From Penicillus capitatus (Eukaryota; Plantae; Chlorophyta): a stretch of DNA of 64,000 nucleotides. The stretch is from assembly GCA_965649825.1 (NCBI GenBank), contig OZ287699.1:558001-622000 (forward strand). Reading direction: 5' to 3'. The notes under the pieces were generated by a model. It ran no database searches. It saw nothing but the letters and a program-made list of their open reading frames with translations, and was not told the DNA's origin. Shown piece after piece: positions 12,374 through 25,686 of this stretch; position 1 is the stretch's first letter; each line of letters starts with the position of its first letter. Both the position numbers and the translations under genes were made by a program.

Positions 12374-12853
12374 GACGCCGCATGAAAAGAGAAGCACCGT
12401 CGAAGTCGGCCACGAAGCGTTGGGACTCTTCACTATAATGAACGTACCAACCAACAAACCACGAAAGCACACTGCTCTACAAAGCCGTCGTTTCACCAAA
12501 GAACTTCGCCGTTTGAATAAAGAAGCCACAACAGACGACGGCGTAACTGGCAGACACACGCCGCTGTCAAGCAACGAGCAGAGAAGCGGGGGAGAGCGCA
12601 CCGTCGAACTTAACGACCTAAAATGGCGCGTCCGTGATTGAAGCGAACTGTCACTTTTCACAGAAAAACCAGAGCGATACAGGGCGCGGATCGAAGGGCG
12701 TTGCGGGTCGAACAGTCACATCTGTACCATCACAGACGTCCTTATCCAGGTCACCCTTTTTGAAATGACAGGCAGGTGTTAAACTGTTTCGTCCTCGACA
12801 ACATGATCAACAGACACAACGTGATGCATCTGTTTACCCATCTTTCTCCTGTC

Positions 12854-15747
12854 TCACAATTTGTCTTCGTATTCGGATAGTGGTGCCGGTTCTGGTTTGA
12901 GTCCTTTGCGTTTGCGAGTGTCCAGCAGAATTTCGTTCGGTTGTGTGCCGGGCTTCATCGGATCTTGTGCCATGGTCTCCCAATGATCGAACACCGATTG
13001 TGGGAAAGCCTGTCCAGAAGTGGCGGCTCTGAGCGTCGATGTGAAACCGAAGGACTCGACGACAGGCAAATGGGCTTTGATATTGTAGATCGGCGTTCCT
13101 GGTCTCTGAGATTCCTCAAAGACGATACCACGTTTCTGATTGAGCACACTGTAGATACCACCCAGTGCTTGCTCGGGTGCTTGGATCTCGACCAGATAGA
13201 TGGGCTCCATCAAACGGGGCTCGGCTGTCAGCTGACAGGCATAAAGACAACGACGACAGGTCGGGATGATTTGACCGCCGCCGCGATGAATGGCATCGGC
13301 GTGGAGGACAACGTCATGGATCTCGAAGCACACACCACGCATGTTCTCGTCACACATCACACCTTCTTTCGTCGCCCACTGAAAGGCTGCAATACAGGAG
13401 TCTTTGATTTCATTAAGATACTGCACACCCTTGGCGACGTCGATGAACATATTGGGTCCCGTTGTGTCGGGACCAAAACACCAGACCTTCTTGGCCGATT
13501 CTTTGTCCCAGCCGAACGTGGAGCTCATGTATTGAGAGCGAGCCTTGGGATCATCTCTAGGGCCGATTTTGCCTTCTTCGATTGCTTCAGGGATGCCCTC
13601 TTCCAGTGGCCTGGCTGTAAGATAGATGCGATTGTGCTTGTTGGCTGATTTGGACATGCAGGTGTGATCCGATTCCTGTGAGACGGTCTCGCGGAACGAC
13701 ACGACAGGATCTGAGACGCGGATCTCGGCACCGCCCATGAAGTCTTCTTGGAGATCTTTTAGGCAGATCTCCAAATGCAGTTCGCCTGCGCCAGCGATGA
13801 TGTGCTCCCCTGTCTCCTCCATGGTGCACTGAACCATGGGGTCAGATTTGGACAGACGTTTCAGTCCTTCCACGAGTTTGGGCAGATCTCCAGCGACTTT
13901 GGGCTCCACGGCCACGCGCACGACCGGAGAAACGCTGAATTTCATTGCCTGTTACATCACATGTCAGAAACATCAGGGAACTGCGGTGTGCTCTGTACTT
14001 TGATGGGATGTGCATCCTCGTTCTTTTCGTTCGTCAGTGTGGCATTCTTTGTGATGAACTGATCCAACCCCACAAGTGCCACCGTGTTGCCGCAGGGGAC
14101 GTCTTCTACGGCATCTTGTCTTCTTCCCATGCACAGCACGGTCCGTTGAACATTCTTAATGGATAGATCTTTTTTCTCTCCGGGGATAAAATTCGGTCCC
14201 ATGATACGGACCTGTCACATCACCACCATCTCAGCAATCGTGGGACAGAAGAACATTGACCGCACTTTCTGTCCAGTATTGACTTTTCCAGAAAACACAC
14301 GACCAAAGGCAAAAAAGCGTCCCTTGTCGTTGGACGGAATCATTTTGGAAACATACAACATCAGTGGCCCATCGGCATCGCAGTTTCGAATAGCCGTGGC
14401 ATAAACGTCATCCAATGGACCTTCGTAGAGATTATCCACACGGTAGTTCTGTGCGATTCCTGGAGATGGCAGATGCCAGATCATCATTTCGAGTAGCGCA
14501 TCCTGCGCCGGTAACCACGTTTGCATCACACGTTTCATGAATGGTTTGGCCTGTAGATCCTTATCCTCTGCCTTGAGTTTATCTGTCACTCCCAACTTGT
14601 CCGTCATCGCAAACACCTTCTTCTTATCATCATTCATACAGGCTTCGATCAGATGTTTGATCGGTTCGTACACAAACTGCACGAAGCTGAACACAGCACA
14701 GAACACGTGTTGCTGCCATCACAGCTGCGTCAGGCATTTTGTAGTACCCTCTCTTGCACGTGGCCGTTCCTGTGCTCTTCTTTGTCCATTTCTTTGTTGC
14801 CGGATCAAAGAAATGATCTCCCCAGAGTCTCTCCATCATCTTCGCCTCCTCGATGCCGAACTTCGCGGCATACATCTTGGCAAATGTCGTCAGAGTGAAC
14901 GCCCATCCGTGCAGTCCGGCAGAAAACGAAACGGTGCCCTTGTCTGGGAAGACCATGCAGTCCCCCATCCGTTCATCCGTATACGTTGCCATGATCACAT
15001 TGGCGTTCTCGATCACACGCAGATAACCAGTGTAGGCTTCTTCGCCGTCCAACATGAGTTCCAAAAAACAGCGATCCAATTTGTTGACGGTTAGGACAGG
15101 ACGAATCCGTTCACCAAGCGCCTACATCCAGCACACCTGTCACATCATGTGCGTACAGGAATGAGATCTGACTTGACGCAGAACGGTCTCTGTCTGGACA
15201 CAGACACCTTCAACGCAGTCGACCACGACAAGCGCTCCGTCTGTAATGCGCAGCGCCGCCGTGACTTCGGATGAAAAATCGACGTGACCCGGCGAATCGA
15301 TCAGATTCACGAGATAAGCATTGCCATCGCGTTTTCCTGGAAGAACGACATCATCCATCCCATCCCGATCACAGCTGCCGCACCTGTAAAGCCCTTCAGT
15401 GCCTCATCTGTCATTTCGTAGTAGAGTGAGATTCCAGTCGATTTGATCGTAATGCAACGATCCTGTTCATCTTGACGCGTGTCCGTCAGACGCTGGTCTC
15501 CAGCCTGAGTGCACGTACATACTCTCTGGAGAGAACGGGCTGAGACCGTGTACCTGCTCTACGGCGATGATGCCTGCGGCCGCGACGAGTGAATCCGTCA
15601 ACGTCGACTTGCCTAGAACATCCGGCTGCAAACAAGGCATGAACGAACGTACATACCGTGGTCGACGTGGGCGATGACGCTCATATTACGGATGTTGTGC
15701 TTCTTGTCCATCAAGGCACGCAACTGGTCGATCGTGAACTTCACCAT
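12854..15747 (-). CDS. EEF2: Eukaryotic elongation factor 2
   Basis: [48 protein letters not shown], diphthamide motif [15 protein letters not shown]-terminus EYEDKL. Confidence 0.98.
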
Positions 15748-15819
15748 CGTGCTAGAGTCTTGGACGCGAACGCCGAAGAAATAGACAAACAAAGCAGGTG
15801 ACTCATCCGCCGCCACTGC

Positions 15820-15869
15820 TTTATATGACTGCCATGATGTGACGGACACCTTGGGCGTCATGATGTGAC
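15820..15869 (-). promoter_or_regulatory. EF2 core promoter: TATA-like ATATAAAG preceded by two GTCACATCA copies
   Basis: TATA-like element at ~15820-15825 on the minus strand, ~75 bp upstream of the EF2 ATG; CATGATGTGAC direct repeats covering the 9-mers at 15835 and 15861. Confidence 0.5.
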
Positions 15870-16640
15870 TGATATACGGACGACTGTCGAGGGAAATCTC
15901 GCTGCTGTTGCACACAGACGTCGACGCAATGGGATTTCGCGCCGTCATTGTGCCGTTTCTACTTGGGACTGGATCAATGCTGGCACTATTTGCGCTGATC
16001 ACCTCCCGAAAGGCCCCCTGTTGTCTTAGTGGCATTGAGGAGTGCGTTCACTGGCACAGTGTCTTAGTACTCTTAGGAGCTGTGTGCGTTTCGAGCTTTG
16101 ACGCCGCTTGGTGACAGCACAGGCGTTGTTCATACAGCAACCGTGTTCGTGAGTGTGGCGATAGAGCAGTGTTCGAATTATAGACAACTGCATCGGAACA
16201 CTATAGGACGCTGAGAGGGCGTCGGGACATGTCTTTGCTTCTCTCGTTTCTCTGGTGGCAGTCGTGCTGCATTCAATCACGTTTTCTTCACAGGCATCAC
16301 TCTTGTTTCATGACACACCTTGACGATTCAGTCTCGGTGCTTCGCTGTCATTGTTTGCCGAAACGTAGACGACGAAGTTTCTCGAGTAGCTGATGGCATG
16401 AGAGCGTCATCAGGAGATCCGGGTTCGATCGACCGTTTCCAAGAACGAGGAGGCATCACACGCAATAACGACGTCCATATCGCCAAGAGACCGACACCTC
16501 GAGCGGCAGCAAAACCGACAGTGACGGTCGTGCCTGATTGTACCCTCGACAGCAATACGGTGCTGGCGACTGACGGCAGGGGCAAAATGCAGAGACGTAA
16601 AGTCTGAAAAGAGCCGAGATTTCTCATGTCATGTCAGACA

Positions 16641-19600
16641 ATGTCGAGTGCAAAACGTCGGAAGGTGAAGGATGAGGCGGCGCCGAAGGAAACCTTCCGC
16701 TGTGAAGAAGACGTCCAACGAGCACTCTTTCAGAATGAAGTATGCTGCTATGTGACAGGAGACCTCGACAACCAGTCCTGCATGGCAGATCACGGCTGTC
16801 GCTAAAGAGGCACAGTTGAAAGATTTCAGCGAAAAAGAGCTGATCAAAATTCTGGCGATTCTGACGCGATGTTTGCGAGAAGAGAGTGAGAAAAGTGTGA
16901 CAGCGACGGCTTCGCATCTCAACTATGCTAAGAAGCTGTGCATGGACCCCAGTAGTGCTGTTTTGGATTGTGTCCCTTTGGAAAGACCATTGGAATGGAT
17001 GAGCCGTCTGCAATTTCGCACGACGCTTGTCGATGCCTCCGTGCCTGTGACAATGGAGCTTCCTTCATCGATCTTCTACGAAAAGGATTATCTAAACCAT
17101 CAGTACACCTGGAAGAAATTCCTCTACCTCCATTACTGTCGGAAGATCTGGGCAAAGCGATCAGAAGTGCTTTCTTGTCGGATGTGTTTCTATCGGGAAG
17201 AGCTGCGATCTCCGTATCTCTGCCTGGAATGGAAGACGGCCCATGGTTCTCAGAAGTAGAACAGAAGACAAGGGAGGATCGCAGAGAATGTGGAATGCAT
17301 CGTTTAGGTTTGATGTGGTACCTGTCCTCTGGAAAGATCTGTTTCCGTATCGGCGATTCTTACTTGAGCAGAACAATGTTCGTGGAATTGTGGGAGCAGA
17401 CAACCAGCTCGTGCCCACGCCTTGCAGCAATCTCATCCTGCTAAGGGATATCACTTTGGCAACGAACACGGCGTTTATTGACAAGACCATCGATTCCTTG
17501 ATCTCATCAGCAACTATTATCGAAACGCTGATTCTGATCAAAGTGAATATTCGAGGGACATGCATGGATAAGTGATGTGACAGCGTGTGTTTTACAGGTT
17601 TGGTGTCGGAGTCATAGACTGGATACTGTTGATGGTTTTGATGACATTGTGTGGACGATTCTCATCTTGAGGGGCATTCGGAAAGGACAGATCTCTTCGG
17701 ATGCACCATCTCTGACTGTGCTCTATTCCGTTCTATCACTCTTGAAATCTTCTAAGCTATCGAAGATCATGAATGCGACCGAAGAATGTTGGAATTTTGA
17801 AGAGGGGCCACACAAACTCGTTGGTAGTGACAAGCGACTGAGCGCCGAGGCGTTTCGCGAGCGGGAGATGGAGTGGATGGCTGATGTGACAGGTGGATAC
17901 AACTTGATCTGGGATGTCTCTCGCTCTTGGATGACGCACATGAAACACGCAGCGGAACGAACGCTCGCTATCTTGACAGGACAGCATCTCACAAGAGGCG
18001 TTGACCGAGCCAGAGAGATCTTCACAGAACTCCGTGCACTTCCTGCCCACTTCGATGCCGTGATCCGCATACCGATGCCATCCTCGGAGAAGACAAAACC
18101 ATGGGACACATCACCTGTCACGTCACTGATCGATTGTCAGGTGTCTCTCGCAACTGAGCAGTGATGTGACGTTCAGGAAATTTGTGAATCGGATCGAGAG
18201 AATACTGCAGGAGGCGTTGACGGATCGTTACACTTTGATGCGATGTTTACCAGATGCAGAGGACAGGACAGATTCCGAACAACAGCCCTGTGTTTTGGTC
18301 TGTCTGCAATTCGACAAGGAAACTGTGTGGCGATTGTCGGACAAGGGTCCATCCCCCGAAGACAAGGCCGCCGCAAAAACCTTTCGCGAGTTCTGGGGGA
18401 AGACATCCAAATTGACGAAGTTTCAAGATGGCTCTGTCTGCGAAGCTGTCACATGGGACAGTGAACCTGGTCATCGACACGAAATCATCGACAGGTGAGG
18501 ATAGCGTTGCAGAGAGGCACGTTTTCTGAATCTGTGTCTGCAGAATCGTTAACAGTGTTATCAAAAGACACCTCGGTGTGCAGCCTCAGGGTCAGGCATT
18601 ACAAATTGCTCCATTGTTCGATGTCGGCTGCGAAAGCCTGTCGACACAAGCCATCGACGCCACAAGACAATTGGCCGCAACACACGAGGTCGCTCAATTG
18701 TTGAGAGAATTGCAGGAGACAGCATTAAAAGTGCTGAGCGTTCAAGAAATAAGCCCATCCAGCCGCAGAACCTCATGTTTTGCAACAGCTTACCATCCTC
18801 TGGCGGATGCATCGGATGCAATGACGGACAATGCCGTTGCCCGTTGCATCGAACCGGTGGATCTTCTGGTCCATTTGGAAACCTCTGGCAGCTGGCCAGT
18901 TCATCCTGAAGCCTTTGAGCAGACAAAGATCGCTATGTACGCTCAACTCAGTGCCGTTCTACAAAAGAGAGGGCACTTTGCCAAAGCATCTCGCCGTTTT
19001 GTCGATCTCTTCTTCTCAGGCTTTGCATTTCGGCTCCATTTCGTGACAGAACGGTGCGCCTTTCTGTGCACATCTGCACATCTGTCGAATGATGTGACAG
19101 GGAAGAAAAGGAAGGTTCACTGCTCGTCATCACGAAGCACCGATACCACAGCCTTATCAAACGATCTGTCGATCGTCATCCGCCTCTCTCATTGACGGTG
19201 AAGCTGCTCAAGAGATGGGCCTCCGTACATTTATTCGATTTCCATCTGCATGACTGCCTTCTTGAATTGCTTGCTGTCTACGAGTACAACAAGCAAACGT
19301 CCCATCAACCCATCATCTCTCCGATTAGAGGTGGTCCTTCCAACCCCACAGATGCACCCACAATGCTTTCTTTGGCGTGCAGGATTTTTCAGAGTACTGC
19401 ATCTGATCTGGACGTTTCCGTGGTCTGCTATAGCACTTGTCGTGGATACGGATGATGAAATCAGTGCCAACGATATCCGATCCATACAAGCCTGGCACTC
19501 TGAGCAGAGAGCAACAGACCCTGACATGTACTCAATGGCCATCTGTACGCCCTTTGATCGACAGTCTTCGTTGACCAAGACCCACCCAGACACGTCTGTC

Positions 19601-20143
19601 TTGGCACGATTGAGATACCTCGCAGGCGATAGTGTGGCATCATCCCTGAAGCCACTGTCTTTTCTCTTTTCAGAAACCGACTGGACAGCATTCGATGTTG
19701 TTTTACACCTCCGTCGAGAAGCATTGGCGCATCCAGAGAGAGCACTGGCCGATGAGAAGTCCTTTGGCCAGGCCTCGGTGTTGAACAGAGATCCCGTCTC
19801 ATCCACCGTGCTCTCTCACATTCCCGTCGCTCTCATACAGCAACACGGGCGAAAGCATCTAGCACAACAGCTGTTGGTGGGATTCGATCCCTTGCAGTGT
19901 CTCTGGGAATCCCTGACATCAGCGTTCGGAGATGTCGCCGTGTTTTGCTGCGATCGGCAAGGCGGATGCCGAATCGGCGTTCATTGGAAGCCATCAGCGT
20001 TCAAGACAATCGACGAGGACGATGTCACACATCACACTTGTCGAAATCGAATCGATGGATGCTGTGTTGTCGATACGACGGCTATCCTCTCAGAGATCTC
20101 GACACTCGGCAAAGGAATCGTAGAAAACATCGAGATCACATGA
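16641..20143 (+). CDS. NOL6: Nrap / Utp22 / NOL6 (U3 snoRNP-associated nucleolar protein)
   Basis: FREFWGKTSKLTKFQDGSVCEAVTW, LETSGSWP...AFEQTKIA, VKLLKRWASVHL, LVGFDPL, IGVHWKP: typical Nrap motifs; multi-exon. Confidence 0.9.
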
Positions 20144-20168
20144 AAACCGTTCTCGAGAACGCTAAATA

Positions 20169-21016
20169 CTATACAAGGGATACGTTACGGGATGGATGGA
20201 GTCGGGTGTGAATGCAGTCCTTGAGCCCAGCCGATTCTTGCCAAGCACATTCACCGTATTTTCCAAAGCGTCCGCATTTGCCGTGGAGTCGATAGCACTC
20301 GTATTCGAGTTGTTCCTCGCACACGGTGTAGATGATGTCTTGTGAACAAATGCTCCCTCCACATCCGGTGACGTGACATTCGTCTGTTCGCGTTGGCTTT
20401 ACGCATCTTCCTTTCTCGCAACGCAGCTCGGGATAACAGAGGCGACACTCGTCATCTCTCGCACATCTCTAGGCAACTCAAAAGGATGCCCGACGGTGAA
20501 GTCGAGATGTTAGCTTACGGTTGGTGTACGGCAGAAATCTCTGGCAGGACAGTTAAGCGGCAGGCACTTTGCTGAGACTTTGCCCAGAGGAGCACATTGT
20601 CCATCGAATTCGCCGTCGCAGTTGACGCAGCCGACGCATTCGAATCGCATATCGCCGCAAAGCTGCACGCATTCGTCATCGGAGGTACATGCGTTCTACG
20701 CCAAATCCAATCACACAGCGTTCACCCCAGTCGAAGACCCACCCGTGTGCCGTTGTTCGTCAAACAATACGTCTTCAGCAGCGATTCCTTAAGAGATGCC
20801 GAACGAATGTCATCTTCGCCGTCACGCATATCCCTGACGCAATACATGTGTGACGTCTTCTTTGGTGAAGAGAGAAGATGAAGCGACAGTTTACCGTTGC
20901 TGACTCAAAGACAAGGAGAGTTGAATTGGCTGTTGTTCCCGCGACCGACTGTTCCAGGCAGTGATGCCGTGTGCGAAAAGCAGAAGATTGAAAACGAGTC
21001 TTTGGCAGAGAGACAT
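20169..21016 (-). CDS. Secreted Cys-rich protein with C-terminal cysteine-cluster domain
   Basis: Not evident in the ORF track; reconstructed across three short introns: MSLCQRLVFNLLLFAHGITAW...NACTSDDECVQLCGD...RCARDDECRLCYPELRCEKGRCV...ECHVTGCGGSICSQDIIYTVCEEQLEYECYRLHGKCGRFGKYGECAWQESAGLKDCI. The first splice is tentative. Confidence 0.7.
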
Positions 21017-21357
21017 GTTCGAAGGAATGCACAAATGACAGTCGGAGGGCCACTTCTGTTCTTGGATCGTTCCGAGACCCGGTCGACTTCGCGCCACGTC
21101 ATGACGACGCCATCCTGAAACGGAAGAGCGTCAAAGGGAAGTCAAGAGGCGCATGGACACAGCATTGCCATGCGAATGACGCTCAGCGCGACCGTTACGC
21201 ACCATAGTCGGGGACAAAGTATGACTTGCATCCAGCATCGATCACGGTGCGCAGTGAACGACCGTCATCGATGAAACGAATATCGACGTCGTAAGACGGA
21301 CGATTATGACGAACATGCAAAACGACAGGCAAGACAACGCGTTTTTAGTCAGAAGTG

Positions 21358-24300
21358 CTAGAAGTCTAGACATAAGGCATCGATATCGTCGCCGTCATCG
21401 TCGGAGACATCGATCGACGGTTGTGGATTGGATGGACTCGGGAGGGAATGGACAATCTCGTCTGTGTTCCTTGGCGGCTCGATCTCTCCATCCTTCCCTC
21501 CAGTGGAATGCGATGCTATGAGCTGAGCATCTTCGAGTTTCTTCTCTTCGAAGCGTTTGCGGAGTGATTCGAGTTTTTCTGAAAAAGGATCATGTCTGCT
21601 CTGCGCCACCTTTGTTCTCGCGGTGAGCATCGTCGCTGTGTCGTGTATCAAAGCGTGTATGATGTCTGCGTCAAAACGCCGTCGGAGGGCAGCTTTGTTC
21701 AGATAAAGACATAGGAATTCGGCAAAACACAGGAGATCTTTGTCCCTTCGGATGCTTTTTAGACAAACCTAACGTAGACATTCGGATTTCTTATCCACAA
21801 CAAAACTGCAGAAATGCGGTGACCTGTAAGATCCATGGAATGCACTCCGGAAGAAATGTGCATTGTGTTGGAATTCTTAGTACGGCAATGAAAGCTTGGA
21901 GTGTGATGTCCATTGCCAAATGCTCTACGACCAAAAAAGGAGGTCTCAAACCGTGTAGATGATTTGACGGCTGACATACGTTTCGCAGAACAGAGAATCC
22001 TGTCGAGAGCATCTCGGTCGAGGATCTGTCCGTGTTCTTTGAGTGCCGCTCTCAGAGCGACCTCGTCGTGTAAACGGCAGGCGATGTCACTTTCCTGTTC
22101 AGTGCAAAACAAACACAACTGTTCCTGAAGAAAGTCGAAGAGATGAAAGACCAGCAAAGCGATGGCCCTATATGGAATGTCGGTTGGATGCGAAGACATG
22201 ACCTAAAGCAAAACACACCATAGATTGCACACACGAGTGGAATCTCACTCTCCATTCTCACCTGCTTCAATTCCGAAATCATCTCTTGTGTTTCTTTCAG
22301 TAAGATCGGTCTTCCTTCCGGCGATAGTGGTGGTTCTGATAGATTCAGCAGAGAAAGAATGGATACGATCATCGCTCTCTGAATCGAGATCTCTCGATTG
22401 GTCGAGAAGTCCACGAGACAAAGCGTACTGTAAACTCTGAGAAACCCAGAGCTGTCATGTCTGTCTTCGCAGACTCGGTGGTCGATCTGATTGCATGTCG
22501 ATGAAAAGACAGGGCAGTCGTAGAGAGAAAGTGGGCATCGTTGAAATGCGAGACCTTGAATGACGACAGGCTCTCGCGATAACAAAGCTTAAACAACCAT
22601 ACACAACTCTCCACTTCCACCTCCTACAAGAACAGATGTCTTGTCATGCAAGCAAAAGGCACACGTGTCAACTTTGCAAAGGTAAGTGGTGGATTCACGT
22701 GACAGAGCGACCAGTGCCTTTTCGATCCATGGACGCAGACGTGAGCATCGCGTTGTGTAATCTGCCATTTTTGTGGACAGATGTGTGACGTACAGGATTT
22801 GCTGACAGAACGTGAGTTCAGGGATCTCTAGCTTCGATCGAAAAGCGTAGAGCTGTGTCCAAGCCTCCTGCGCCAGGGCGAAGCATTCTCGTTTCATAGC
22901 TTCCTCGATGACGACCTAGAAGAACGCATGACTGTCACACATCGAGATCTCTGAGCCGTCAGTTGGTTTGTACGCGAAGCAGGGATGGATGGAATCCCGA
23001 GGCCTCTGGCATAGCGTGCAAAATCTGATATGCCTTCTCCTGATTGTCCATTTCCATGGCATGCCAGATAGAAAGGATTTCATTAAGCACGAATCCTGAA
23101 TCCTTTTCCTTGCACATACAGATGTAGATGCTCGCCGCTTCGAGTCTCTGCATCAACAGTGCCGCACATGCCATAGCGCTAGAAATTCTGTAGGCAAAGT
23201 CATCGTCGGCGTATCGAATCGCGCATTCAAGCAAAGCAAGCCCCATTTCATGGGATTCCCCTTCGATCGCAGCAGATCTTCCGTGTTCATAGAGATCAGA
23301 ACAGAGATTCCTGCAAAGCGCCTCCCGATCTGCCTGCGACACATCTTAGAGAGATCGTGATTTTGAGGATGGGACTGCCTGAAGCATGGCTTCTCGGGAT
23401 TGTGGCGATTCGAGTATGGACAACAAAACTCTCTGACAAGACAACGAGCAACGCGAATGACTTCCAGCAGGATTAATGCAATCCCTTACCTCTTGTCCTG
23501 TAGCCAACATCAGTCGCGTCATCCTCAAAAGAGCGGGCGGTTTCCAATCCACTCTATCCAGTAGTTGGTTTGCAGATGCGCATATGATCATCTGTTGTGT
23601 TTCTCCAGCCTGTCGCAGGAGCTTCTCCAGACAGTCCCACGTCCACTCCCAACAACTAAGCGGCACATAACGATGGCGTGATGCAGAGGATGTGTTGGAG
23701 TGATCAACATATCAGAGCTGGAAGAGGACTCCATGTGTGTATCAAAAGCATCCATTGCTCTCTGCCAATCATTAACGACGCAGAAACAGTCGATCTTCAA
23801 CATCTGGTCTTTCTGTCTCGATTCGAGGGACATCAAATCTGTCACCGATATCGCACTGGCAATGGACTCGTCTGACTGCATCTTCTCTATCTCTGCAAGG
23901 CATTTCAGTGAACAATGGGGTTCGCCTTGGACAAAGAGACACTGTGCAAGTGCAAGGAGAACCTACAAGATCGGAATGATCATCATAATCGACATAACGA
24001 GGCGCGCCACCTCGATCTTCAACGACGCAAGAGTGAGGCTGCCGGAACTCTCATCGTATGCCGCTCGTTCGCCCAGTTGGATCACTTCGTAAGCTGTCTC
24101 CAAACAACGTCTGTCACCTTTCTTTCCAAAGAGGCTCTCCTTCGCCGTCATGAGATCTCGAACAGTCTTGATCGCCAACTGTGTCTTGACATCGACAGAG
24201 CACGCATCGAGGCCGAAGACGTCGCCAACATATCTCAAGATTCCGTCCAGCGCGTCCTAGTGTCGGAGACAGAGCCATTGGACATCCCCATGGCACTACT

Positions 24301-25303
24301 GTACTTGGTGTGCATTCTGTGTGCTGCAGGAGAGTCTTTCCATCTGAATGTCGATGGAGAGCTCTAATGACTCCAATATCTTTCCACTTGTGATCGGCAT
24401 CGTCTTCAGACCATCCAAAGCGTTCGTCAACAGACCATCTGCTTTGTTGAAGGCATCCAATTCCTTATAGACTTGTGCCAACTGCCACAACACATCTGTT
24501 CGCAGGTGCCAAGTCTTCTGAGACTTGAGATGTGACTTGAAGACAAAACATAGCAGCGGGGATGCGTTCGATCGAATGCATGGAAAGCTGCAAATGCAGT
24601 TCATGGAGTTCCCTGAAAAAAATAGAGAGACTTCGACATCTGGCAGATGGAACGGAACTTCATGACGGATCCCAATGCGTCGGCCACCTTCAGTGCATCT
24701 TCCGCGCGCATACTGCCAACCGATCGCTTTAGTTCTGAGCATTTCTTCTGCAACAGCCATTCGATTGCGCACACAGATCCATTTGCTGTTACGACGAACA
24801 CGCACATAGCACAGATGTCCGATGCGCTGTCGTCTCCATTCGGCGAGACATGCCATCATGTCGTCATCAGATGATGCATAAAAACCACGCAGTGACAAGA
24901 CCGAAGTCACTAAGATCTCCAAAGCACTGTCTAAATTCTCTCCTGAACAGCTTTCAATTTCAAATGTTTCGAGCAATTCCTGATGTCCCACCACTTGGAT
25001 GGTCATTTTCTCAGCGCTCAAGTTCCGTACCTCGATATACGTGATCAATCCTTCGAGTTCCGTTTTGCGCCGCTTATCGAAATCGACATTCCGTTCGGGT
25101 CTCTCGGACCTGCGTCGCTTTTGTCGTGGCGAATGGTTTTTCGCGTGAACGGCGGCCGAACACGTCTCGGATAAAGAGCAACGGTTCTTGGCCGATGTAT
25201 GCGTTTCCCTAAGCGACAGCGAAAGACGTGGAGGTTGCTTCTCGTCCTCAGATGGGACGTCCGACCTTGCCGAAGATGACCTCGTCCGGCGGTGCGTTTC
25301 CAT
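21358..25303 (-). CDS. Large TPR-like helical protein, probable ZIP4/SPO22/TEX11 meiotic protein
   Basis: Many consecutive minus-strand exons with TPR-like helices (LWQLAQVYKELDAFNKADGLL). The segment AASIYICMCKEKDSG...KAYQILHAMPEASGFHPSLL resembles, from memory, the plant ZIP4 segment. Identity is inferred, not searched. Confidence 0.5.
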
Positions 25304-25686
25304 AGGCGTTGGCGAGCTTAAACGGCCTTCCGTCCAAAGAGGACGATATGCCGCCTTGTCAGGAGCTACGAATTCCCCTGTCTGTCTATCACTCCCTATC
25401 TGTTGCGCGTCTTTCTCGTCGTTTTGTGAGAGTTCTGTTGTTTCTTGGTGTTTGGATCGGTGGTTATGCTTCGTATGTTTGTTCGGTCATCGATTTCTGC
25501 GAGATAGACGACGCGTTCGATCGTTGAACGACGCTGTCCCTTCACGCGTAACGATGGAGGCATTCTGTCTCGGTATCGGCATCTCTGTGTCGATTGAGTC
25601 GGCAGAAGGAAGATGAAAAAGCAGGGTCGCAGAGGGATACCCCCTGAGCAGGCCTTACTGCCACGTCATCACATTGTACGTTTCTG

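Noticed and set aside
12941-13648. Long antisense ORFs opposite EF2 (and similar ones opposite TRX, kelch-BTB, thiolase and the coiled-coil gene)
   Set aside because: Expected shadows of codon-biased genes, with no independent domain signal.
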